This document shows positions 50,363 to 60,000 of a stretch of 60,000 nucleotides of DNA, one piece after another. The DNA comes from Camelus ferus (lineage: Eukaryota). Under the pieces are notes generated by a model. It saw only the letters and a program-made list of their open reading frames with translations. It made no database searches and was not told where the DNA came from. The translations under genes were made by a program, and so were the position numbers. The stretch covers positions 374,001-434,000 of the forward strand of contig NC_045698.1 of the NCBI RefSeq assembly GCF_009834535.1, in the 5' to 3' direction. Numbering within the stretch: the stretch's first letter is position 1; each line of letters opens with the position of its first letter.

Positions 50363-50565
50363 TAGGGGTCAGCTGACTTTTTTGTCAAGGGCTGGAGAGT
50401 GCATATTTTAGCTCTGTGGACAATAAGATCTGTGTTTCTGCTCCTCAGCCCTGCCTGTGTGACAGGGAAGCAGCCATAGGCAATACACCGGTGAGTGACT
50501 GTGTTCCAGCAGAACTGTTCACACAAGCTGTGGGCTGGATTTGAGCTGTGGTCCATACTGAGCTA
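50363..50565. mobile_element. MER58-like hAT-Charlie DNA transposon
   Basis: taggggtcagc..ttttttgtcaagggc..aagcagccataggcaatac..gactgtgttccag..gggctggatttg. Confidence 0.7.
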
Positions 50566-50684
50566 GCTTCTATTCTGATGGCTTGTGATCAGTTTCAGAT
50601 CTCTGGGGTCTGTTCCCGCAGATACCTCCCCTGGTGCCCTCTTCCCTCACTTCCCTCTTTCAGACCAGACTAATTTTGTGTAGA

Positions 50685-51100
50685 AGTTTGTAGGGCTGAT
50701 GGTGACAAAGTGCCACAAACATGGCTTAAAATAACAGACCCTTATTGTCTTCCAGTTAAAGCTGTAAGTCTGAAGTTAGGGTGTTGGCAGGGTTGCTCCC
50801 TTCTGGAGACTCTGAGGGAGAATCCATCCACGACCCCAGCATCTCTGGTTTGCTCACAGTCTTGGTGCTCCTTGGCTGGTATGTGCGCCCCACTCTGGCC
50901 GTTTCACGGAGCTCCCCAAACTGCACATCCGTCCCTGTGGCCGAGTCTCCCCTCTGCAAGGACACCAGTCACACTGGATCAGGGCCCACCCTGACGACCT
51001 CGTCTTAACTCCTTTACCGCTTCAAAGACCCTATTTCCAAATAAGGTCATGTTCTGGGGTGTTGGGACTTGCGCATCTGTTTTAGGGGCCACAGTGTGAC
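50685..51100. mobile_element. MLT1-type LTR
   Basis: acaaagtgccacaaac..ggcttaaa, aaggacaccagtcacactggatcagggcccaccctga, aagaccctatttccaaataaggtca. Confidence 0.85.
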
Positions 51101-52387
51101 CCCTGTGCCTTGAATTCTGCGGTCTCTCTGTGATCACGCATTAGTTCCAGGAGTTTTTGTTTGTTGGTTGGTTGTTTCTTGGGGATTTTCTGCGTAGGTG
51201 ATCAATCACGTCATCTGTGAACAAAGACAGTCTCGCGTCTTCCTTCCCAGCCTGTGTACCCAGTCTGTATTTCCTTTTCTTGTCTCGTTACGTGAGCTGG
51301 GACTTGGAGTAGGATGTTGCAAAGCACCCTTGCCTCGTATCTGATCACTTTGAGGAGTTTCCCTTCTGTGCCTGGCTTGCTGACCGCTTTTATCATGAGT
51401 GGGTGTTGGGTTTGTTAGTTGCTTTTTCCGCATCTATTGATCTGGTCATATGACTTCTCTTCTTTAGCCTGTTGATGTGATGAATTACATTGATTTTTTT
51501 TCCAAATGTTGAACTAGCCACACATTCCTGGAATAAATCCCCCTTGGTCATGGTGCAGAGTTCTTTTTGTATGTTGTTGGGTTCAATTTGCTGATACTTT
51601 GTTGAGGATTTTTGCATCTGTGTTTATGGGAGGTACTGCTCTATAGTTTCCTTGTGTGATCTTTGCTGGTTCTGATCAGGGTAATGCTGACCTCTTGGAA
51701 TGAGCTAGGGTGTATTCCCTCTGCTGCTGCTTCTGTCTTCTGGAAAAGATGGTAGAGAATTGATATAATTTCTTCCTTAAGTGTCTGATAGAATCTACCA
51801 GTGAGCCCACCTGGACCTGGTATTTCAGGAGGCTGTTAACTTTTGACTCAATGTCTTTGATAAGCACAAGTCTGTTCAGATTATCTGTTTCTCCTGGTGT
51901 GGGTTTTGGTAGATTGTTTCTTTCCAGGAATCGCTCCGTTTCATTTGGGACATATTTGTATTCCTCTTTTATCCTCTCGATGCCCATGGGGTGCCTCTTC
52001 TTTCAATTTTGATATTAGTAATTTGTCTTTTTTTTTGGGGGGGGGGTTCACCTGGCATAGAGGTTTTTCAATTTTATTGATCCTTTTTTCAAAGAACGAA
52101 CCTTGGAGTTTTTTGCTTTTTCTTTTTTGGTTTCCTGTTTGCAGGTTCACTGGTTTCTGCTCTGGTTTTTAGTGTTTGTTTTCTTCTTCCTACACTGGAT
52201 CTGGTTTGTTTTCTCAGTTTCCTAAGGTAGAAGCTTAGACTGTCGATTTTAGATCTTACTGTTTTCTGATATTTACGTTCAGTGCTGTGAATCTCCCTCT
52301 GCACATTGCTTTTACTACATCCTACCCATTTTGATAAGGTGTATTTTCTTTTTCATTTAGTTGAACATATTTATTTTTGTAAATCAC

Positions 52388-53160
52388 TTTTTTTAAATTG
52401 AAGTACAGTTGATTTAAGATGTTGTGTTAGTTTCTGGTGTATAGCAAAGTGATTCAGTTTTATATATATATGTGTGTGTGTGTGTGTTCTTTTGCAGGTT
52501 CTCTTCGATTGTAGTTTATGACAAACTACTGAATATAGTTCCTGTGCTGTACACTAGGACCCTGTTACTGATCTGTTTATCTAGTTTACGTGCAGTAGTG
52601 TGTATCTGCTAATCCCAGGCTCCTAATTTATCCCTCCCACCTACACTTTCCCCTTTGGTAACTGTAAGTGTATTTTCTGTGTCTGTGAGTCTGTTTCTGT
52701 TTTGTACATAAATTCATTTGTGTCCGTTTTTTAGATTCTTTGTGTAAGTCATATCATACGGTATTTTTCTTTCTTTCTGACTGACTTTGCTTAATATGAT
52801 AATCTCTAGGTGCATCCATGTTGCTGCAAATGGCATGATTTTATTCTTTTTTATGGCTGAGTAGAATTCCATTGTATAAATACACCACAACTTGTTTGTC
52901 TAGTCATCTGTCGATGGACATTTAGGTTGCTTCTATGTCTTGACTATTGTAAATAGTGCTGCTGTGAACATTAAGGTACGTGTATCTTTTTGAATTAGAG
53001 TTTTCATCTTTTCTGGATATATGCCCAAGAGTGGGATTGCTGGTCATAGGGTAGGTCTATCTTTAGTTTTTTAAGGAACCTCCAAACTGTTTTCCATAAC
53101 AGCTGCACGTATATACATCCCCACCAACAGTGTAGGAGGGTTCCTTTTTCTCTGCACCTT
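52388..53160 (-). mobile_element. Younger L1 3' end nested in older L1
   Basis: T-run then aaattgaagtacagttgattta; same 3'UTR type as 38685-39150; includes a (TA)n(TG)n tract. Confidence 0.85.
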
Positions 53161-54105
53161 CCAAAAGATTTTTAAGTTTCTTTTGAGATTTCTTTGACTC
53201 ATGTGTCACTTGGAAATAAGCTGTCTAATCTCTGGGTTTGTTTTTTTTTTTTTTGAGATTTCCCAGTTATCTTCCTGTTATTTATTTTACTACTAGTTCA
53301 ATTCCACTGTGTCCTGAGAGCAAATATCACGTGACTTAAATTTGTGAAGGTGTGTTTTGTGGCCCAGCATGTGGTCTGTCTTGGTGAGTGTTCCAGGTGA
53401 GCTTGGGAAGCCTGTGTGCCCTGCTGCTGTTGGATGAGGTTGCTGTGGATGTCCCTGCATCCAGTTGCTGGGTGGGGAGCTCAGCTGTGTCCTGGAAGGC
53501 AGGACATCCCCCTGCTGGCCTGGTCGGCTCTGGTGGAGGCCGTTGAAGTGGCCCGGCCACTTCTCCTCGCTGTTTTGTCAGTTTTCACACCATATAATGT
53601 GATGCTGTCTTGAGAGGTGCAGACATGTCAGGGACTGTCGTTGTCTCAGCGAACTGACCCTGCGGTCTACACAGGCCCCTCTTTATCCCGGATCGTGCTC
53701 CTTGCTCGGGAGTCAGCTCTTCTGAGAGCAGTGCAGCTTCCACTTGCTTTTGATTACTGTCGGCATGGTCCATTTCTATCTGTTTACCTTTCGTCCCCAT
53801 GTCTTTATGTTTAAAGTGGGTTTCTTTGGGTCTTGAATCTTGATCCACACTGACAGTCTCTTTCAGTTGGTGCGTTTAGACCAGTGATACTCACAGTGGT
53901 TGTCGGTTCAGTTGGGTTAGTGGCTGCCGTGCTTGTCACTGCTTCTGCGCGTTGCCTTGCTCTTTGTTTCCGTTCTTGCTCCTGCTCTCTTTCTCCCTTT
54001 GCGGTTTTAAGTGAGCGTTTTACGATCCTGTTTCCTCTCCTTTCTTAGCACGTCAGTCATCCTTACAGTTTTACTTTTCTCGGCCGCAGACTGGAGCCCA
54101 CGGTC

Positions 54106-54564
54106 CAGGCAGCCGCGCTCTGCTGAGCTTTGCTTTACTGTGCTTCCTGGGACAGCGTTTTTACAGATCGAAGGGGTACGGCAGCTGTGCATCGAGCAAG
54201 TCTGTTGGCACCATTTTTCCAGCACCACATCGTGTCTCTGTCACATTTTTGTTATTCTCATGATATTTCACACTTTTTCATTATGCTTGTCATGGTTATT
54301 TCTGGTAGTGAACTCTGATGTTGCTACTACAGCTTGCTGAAGGCTCAGGTGATGGTTAGCATTTTTTAGCAATAAGGTATTTCTTAAGACATGTTCATTG
54401 TTTTTTGGCATAAGCGATTGCACACTTAACAGATGGCATTGTAGTGTGAACGTAACTTCTATGTGCACCAGGAAGGCGGACGACCGTGTGGCCCATGTGC
54501 TCGCAGTACTCGCTTTACTGAAGTCGCCTGGAGCTGGACGCGCAGTGTCTTCGAGGCCTGCCTG
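54106..54564 (+). mobile_element. Tigger1-derived non-autonomous DNA transposon
   Basis: caggc start, gagcaagtctgttggcaccatttttccagca, gaaggctcaggtgatggttagcattttttagcaata, ends gaggcctgcctg; homologous to 25807-26211. Confidence 0.8.
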
Positions 54565-56649
54565 TTGCAGTCACGAGACCCAAGACCACTTTCATACCCT
54601 GCCCCGCCTCAGACGGAGCAGGTGCCTCGAGATCACAGAAGACTCCCAAGTCCTCCCCGCCCGCTTCTCTGGGGCCCACGCTGCAATCCTGCGAGGAACA
54701 CGTGAAGTTACGTGGCCGAGTACGTGTGGTCATTTCAGACAAACTGGTATCTGCCAGGTGGATTAGGAAGGGGAAAAGTGGAGGTTTATCCACCTTCACT
54801 CAGTCCTAGAGGCTCTTCCTGCCCTGTCAGTCAGTTTCTGACCTCTCTCGGTCTCCTTCTCCCTGAAGAGCTTCTTTTACACCTCTTACAAGGCAGGACT
54901 GCTGGCCACAAATTCCCTCAGTTTTTGATTATCTGAAAAGGTCTTCATTTCTCCTTCACTTTTGAAGGATAATTTTCAGGTACAGAATTCTAGGTTAGTT
55001 TTGTTTTTGTTTTTGTTTTTTTTTTTTTTTTGGTCTCAACACTAAATATTTCACTCCATTCTTTTACTGCTCGCATGGTTTCCAAGGAGAAGGTAGATGT
55101 AAGTCTTACTCTCTGTAGTAATGAGTCTTTCCTCTGATTCATTTCAAGATTTTTTCCTTTGTCTCAGATTTTCTCCAGTTTGAATATATTCCTTGGTGTG
55201 ATTTGGGGGCATTAATTCTGCCACTGTTCTCTGAGCTTCCTGGTTCTGTGATTTGGGGTCTGACATTAATTTGAGGAAATTTTAAGTCTTCTTCAAATGT
55301 TTTTTTGGTTCCTCTCCCTTTTCTCCTTCTGTGTTCTCATTATGTGTGTGAGACACCTTTTGTATGCCGCATGATTCGTGGGTATTCTGTTCTGGGTCCT
55401 TTTTTCCCAGTCCTTTTTTCCTTCGCTTTTCAGTTTTGGAAGTTTCTGTTGATTAATTCTCAAGTTCAGAGATGATTTCCTCAGCTGTGTCCAGTCCACT
55501 AGTAAGTCCATCAGAAGCGTTCTTCATTTCTGTTACAGTGTTTTTGACTCTAATGTTTCTTAGAATTTCAGTCTCTCTGCTTATATTCCCCATCTGTTCT
55601 TCCATTTTTTCCCAGTGGATCTCTTAGCATTATTGCTCAGAGTTGCTTTAAAACCAGGTCGGATTCAGTCCAACATTTTTGCCATATCCGAGTCTGGTTC
55701 TAAGGCTTACTCGTCTTCAAGGTTGTTTTGGCTATTTGGAGTTCATTGAGATTCCACATGCATTTTAGGGTGGGTTTTCCTATTTCTGTAAAAACATCAC
55801 TGAGGTTTCGATAGGACTGCACTGACTCTGTAGATGGCTTTGAGTGGTATGGGCATTTAAGAGTGTTTGTCTTCCAGTCCATGAATGAGGATGTGTTTCC
55901 ATTTATTAACATCTCCTTTAATTTCTTTCGTCAAAGTTTTGTAGTTCACCTGTCCTTGATAGTCTCAAGACTGAACGGTCACAGAGTCATGATCTGGCGC
56001 AGCGTGCTTATCGCCCAGGGTGGCTGCGGAAAGCCAAGCCCGAAGTCCCCTTCTTCCTGCAGGGCGTCTGGAGGACTTTCCTAGCAGAGAGTGGGGAACG
56101 TTTCAGACCTCTCAGAGTCAGACCAGGCGCCACAGGATCAGTATTCATAGTACGTGGTTGAGTGCTGTTTCGAAGAGAGACTTCTCACACTGCCCTGTTG
56201 GAAGTGAGGTCCCTCTGAGTGTGTTCGCCTTTCACGGAGGGACGTCCTGTTCTAAGATGCTCACCGTTCAGTTGGTTGGGAAGTGCTTTCACTTAATGCA
56301 GAAGCAGGAATCTGGGGCTCCACACCGGGGGCCGTCTGGGTCACACACATCGCCTTGCTGGTGCGTAGGGGGGGATGGGGCAGCAGGGGATGGCCAGGCG
56401 GAGCCTTCCAGAATCTCTGTCCTTGAGCAAGCCCCGGTGGCCCCTGCCCGTGCCGGGCTGGTGTGGGGACACGAGACCTTGCTGCCCGTCCCGTGGTCCT
56501 GGCTGAGTCCGCTCGGCCTCCTTGCAGCAGACGCCCCGGCGCCACCGCCCAGAGACCTTGTGGCCCTGCTGGCGGCAGAGGCTCCCTCGTGGGGTCGCAT
56601 GGGCTGCTGCTCCGGCACTGGCTTTGCCTGTCTTTGCCTGTCTTTGCAG

Positions 56650-56828
56650 ACCGCGCCACTCCAGAGCCACGTGCGCCGACCCCTCGGCCGGGAAGTGCTT
56701 GGTCATGGACACGGACGACGAGGCGGTCCTGAACCTCATTGCCGAGTGTGAGTGGGACCTGAGCAACCCTCCCGGGAGCACGAGCTCCAGCCAGAAGGAG
56801 CGAGAGGTCAGCTTCCAGGGCTCCCAAG
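56650..56828 (+). CDS. CEP72: CEP72 exon 5
   Basis: tttgcag|PRHSRATCADPSAGKCLVMDTDDEAVLNLIAECEWDLSNPPGSTSSSQKEREVSFQGSQ|gtaggc; the DDEAVLNLIAECEWDL motif is characteristic of CEP72; 179 nt. Confidence 0.97.
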
Positions 56829-58154
56829 GTAGGCTGCTGCTCCACGGAGAATGTCGGCGCGGCCGGCCTGCCCCAGATGTCAGTATCCGCCAGCTTGAGG
56901 ATGCATGGTGGCATCGAAAACTGACCTTTCGTGCAGCCTCTCCCTGCAGTCTTGGTGCACCAGGAACTACCAGTGACTTGGGTCACGGGTTATAAATGGA
57001 GAAGTCAGTGTATCTGAGGTGGGCCGTCATGCTGCATGGCACTCCCAGTTATGGCCCTCCTCAGACCAGTCACAGACAATGAGGAAATATGTCCTGCGCC
57101 CAGGGGACTGAGCCCCCACTGGCCACAGGCAGCCCCTCCCAGCTCCTGCTGCACATGGGACTCAGACCCAACGGGGCCGCGGGCATGAGCTCCACGCCCT
57201 TCGCTGGGGGCTCTTTTACCAGGACTTGTGTGTGAAAGTCAGCCCTGTGGCTGCCGCCGGCTTCCTGAGAGCTTTCCCTGAAGACGCAGCAGGCTGAGGC
57301 CTCCCAGCTACAGGGTCACCTCTGCCCACCGGGACCCTGCTGCTCGTGGGACCGTCGGTCTCCCTCCCACTGGCTCCTGTCCTGGGGGGTACGGCGGTCT
57401 CGTGGTGGTTCAAAGTGGCATTTCCTGAAGGCGGGTGATGACCACCTCCTCACGTGCCCACGTCTCTCCCTCAGTTTCTCTCCGTGGCCGTCCCTCCGCG
57501 TCTTCTCTTCCGCGTCTTCCTGGAGTTGAGTCACACGAGCTCTTCCTGGTGATTGAATGCGAGCCCTTTCTCAGAATTAGTACTGCAGGGTGTCTCCGTT
57601 CCCGCTTGCCTTCCACTTTCCTAACAGTGCTGCAGAGAGAAGGCTTTTGAAGTCAGGGCACCATTCTCTCTCTGGCGGTGCATGCTGCGTGCTGCTGCCT
57701 TTGCTCAGGGGCAGGTCTACGTCCTGCAGCTCAGTGCTCAGGCCTGAGCTCCGTCCTGGAGTGAGCTCATGGATGTGCTGTGAGCGTGTGGGTCAAGGTG
57801 TCCGTCCCCCATGTGTACCCGGTTGTGCCAGGGCCATTTACTGGAAAGATGGTCTTTTTCTCCCTTAATCACCTTGGCACGCTAGTTAATCCAGTTGGCC
57901 GCAGTCCCTTTCTGCATTCTGTTGGCCGTAGCGTCTGCCTTGGTGCCCTGCTGAACGGCTGCTCCTGAGTCGGGCTAGGTCCCTCTCCCCAGGCCGCTGC
58001 GGGTTCAGTCGGGACAGCTGGCACTGTCACTCACCCAGCCGTCTCCCTGCTTACCCGATGTAAGGAACACATTTAACAGGTATCATTTACTGTCAGAAAC
58101 TCAAAAGGTAGTTTTTAATGGAATAAAATTTTAAAAATGTTTTCAATGCAGTAG

Positions 58155-58319
58155 AGTCGCGGCGTCCGCTGAGCCCACTGTCGGCGCAGCACCAGTGTGG
58201 GGACTCCCGGAGGAAGGGCCGCGGGAAGACGAGCGGCACCAGGGGCGTGTTTACGGAGCTGCGGCTTCAGGACCCACGCTGCGGTGAGCCCCCTGCGCAG
58301 CCCTTCCCGCCTCGGCCCG
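58155..58319 (+). CDS. CEP72: CEP72 exon 6 (alternative acceptor at 58152 and donor at 58283 possible)
   Basis: (E)SRRPLSPLSAQHQCGDSRRKG..RCGEPPAQPFPPRP resembles human ESRHLLSPQLVQYQCGDSGKQG..YFTPHP (recalled); donor G|gtgagc, phase 1. Confidence 0.85.
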
Positions 58320-58541
58320 GTGAGCACCTCACGTCTGCCGACGCTGTGACGCTCTCCCCCCTCATGATCGTGGGTGGGTGGGTGTGCAACTCTAAGACGT
58401 CTCCGCGTCCAGCTCCCTGGTCTGGAGGTGCTTCGGTGCTTTCCTGACACGCTCTCATTCACACGTGTTTTCTTCTCAGTGCACACATGGGCCAGGTTAC
58501 CATGGCAGCTACATTTTAGAAATTAAAAACATGGGAGATTA

Positions 58542-58722
58542 GAGGGAGGGTGTAGCTCAGTGGTGGAGCACATGCCTAGTATGCATGAGGTCCTGGGTTC
58601 AATCCCCAGTACCTCTGTTAAAAAACTAATTAATAAACCTAATTACCTCCCCCTGCCAAAAAAACAAAAACAAGAAATGTAACACATCACTTCTACTCAC
58701 AAAAACAAGAAAGAAAAAAAAA
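58542..58722 (+). mobile_element. Camelid tRNA-derived SINE (Vic-1-like)
   Basis: gggagggtgtagctcagtggtggagc (A box), gaggtcctgggttcaatccccagtacc (B box), aataaacctaattacctccccc, A-rich tail. Confidence 0.9.
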
Positions 58723-59362
58723 CAAGGGAAGTTAAATGAGAAGTTCATCACAAGCCCTCGTGGCCCCAGGTTTGCTGGGAAGCCCTGGAGGTGGCCTTGC
58801 TCACGGAGAGCCTGAGGGGCTGGGGCGGGACACAGGCTGAGGCTTGAAGAGAGGCCCGGCTCGGGGACAGCCTTGTGGGGCGGATCTCAGACTCTGGTGC
58901 CTGCACGGTCCGCGTGTAGGACGGTCCCAGAGCTCCAGCTGAGGGGCTTCAACAGGACCTGCCGGGAGGGGGGGGACCTCCCTGGTTCTTGGGGTGCCTG
59001 GGGAGGCGGTTCAGCACCTGGGGGAGGGAGGGTCTTTAGTTTCCTGTAGAAACAAGCTTTTAAATTGACTGTAGTTTGCAAAGTTGTTCACTTGGCCCAT
59101 CTTTGTTTTACATACTTTTTGCCAGAAAACATAGTGATTGGTCAACTTGTTTGTTGGTTATTGCTTCAGTCCTGTCACCTTTTGATGGATTTTCCGTATT
59201 TGTGCATAGGTGTCCACACACACACGCTCGCCGGCACCTGTACACACATCTACAGTCGCGCACATCAGTGCACGCGCGCACGCAGCTGTTGCTGAAGTTG
59301 CAGCGCTGGTCCCTGCGCCCAGAGAGCCTGGCGGCGAGGGTGCCGCCCCTTCTTTGTTACAG

Positions 59363-59664
59363 ACTCCGTGGACGACAAGGACCCAGCCCTTTCTCAAAAG
59401 TCAAGTTTGTCGACACAGAAGGTGTTAAATCCATTGCCTGCTGCCGAAAAGCACAGGAAGCGAAGAATGCCTGGCGGGAGGTTCCAGGCACCTGCGGACC
59501 AGGAGTGTCTGAGCTGCCTGGAGGCACCCGACGGGCCCTCGAGCCCTGAGGAGAGTCTGAGCAGGAGGAATGGTTCTGAGGCGTGGAGCGAGGGGACCTT
59601 CTCTCACCCAGTGGCGTTGGGGCCCGGGCAGCAGGGGCCCCCCAGCACAAGTGGCTCTGGAGAG
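59363..59664 (+). CDS. CEP72: CEP72 exon 7
   Basis: ttacag|(D)SVDDKDPALSQK..PLPAAEKHRKRRMPGGRFQAPADQE..GSGE|gtgagc; the RKRRMP.GRFQ motif; 302 nt. Confidence 0.95.
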
Positions 59665-60000
59665 GTGAGCCGGGGTGTGAAGGTGGAGGGGCCGCTGTCC
59701 TTGGTAACGCCACGTCGTCTGTCCACGGTGTCCACCGTGGCCCCGAGATGTGTGCAGCCTTTAGACAGCGCTCGCTAGTTTGTGCCTCCCTGTTTCGTTG
59801 CAAGTGTGCTCCAGTGCCACCAAGTGCCTTGAGGGGGAGGTGTCGTCACAGAGGGGTGCTTGCTTGCACAGTGTCCTCAGCCAGAGTCACCCGTGGCCCT
59901 GTTGTGAGCCACCCACAGGGGTTGTGGCCACTGGCTCCGTGGCCCTGTTGCTGGCAGAGTGGGAGACTGAGAGCCTGTCACGGCTGTGGGCGTGAGTGAA

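Larger units (their letters stand above)
51120..55930 (-). mobile_element. Antisense L1 ORF2/ORF1 remnants in CEP72 intron 4, interrupted by younger inserts
   Basis: Minus translations INVIHHINRLK..SIDAEKA and FFEKRINKIEKPL are L1 ORF2-like; ORF1-like sequence at 54850-55600. Confidence 0.88.

Noticed and set aside
56020..56986. 243-aa and 241-aa ORFs overlapping CEP72 exon 5
   Set aside because: Alternative-frame or antisense shadows; only 56650-56828 matches CEP72.
58542..58615. tRNA gene
   Set aside because: The A/B boxes belong to a SINE head followed by SINE body and A-tail; not a stand-alone tRNA.

Overview
GC-rich mammalian genomic DNA, very probably camelid (two Vic-1-like tRNA-derived SINEs). 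The right third holds the CpG-island promoter and coding exons 1-7 of CEP72 (+ strand, 42861-59664; the gene continues past the window). Most of the middle is L1, LTR and DNA-transposon debris. The most notable signal is on the minus strand of about 150-11100. A colinear series of splice-bounded, frameshifted exon remnants there reads as TM anchor, SEA-like, LDLa-like, then three successive trypsin-like domains. This fits a heavily decayed polyserase-1 (TMPRSS9)-type protease pseudogene beside CEP72. All calls come from manual reading and recalled family consensus; no database searches were run.
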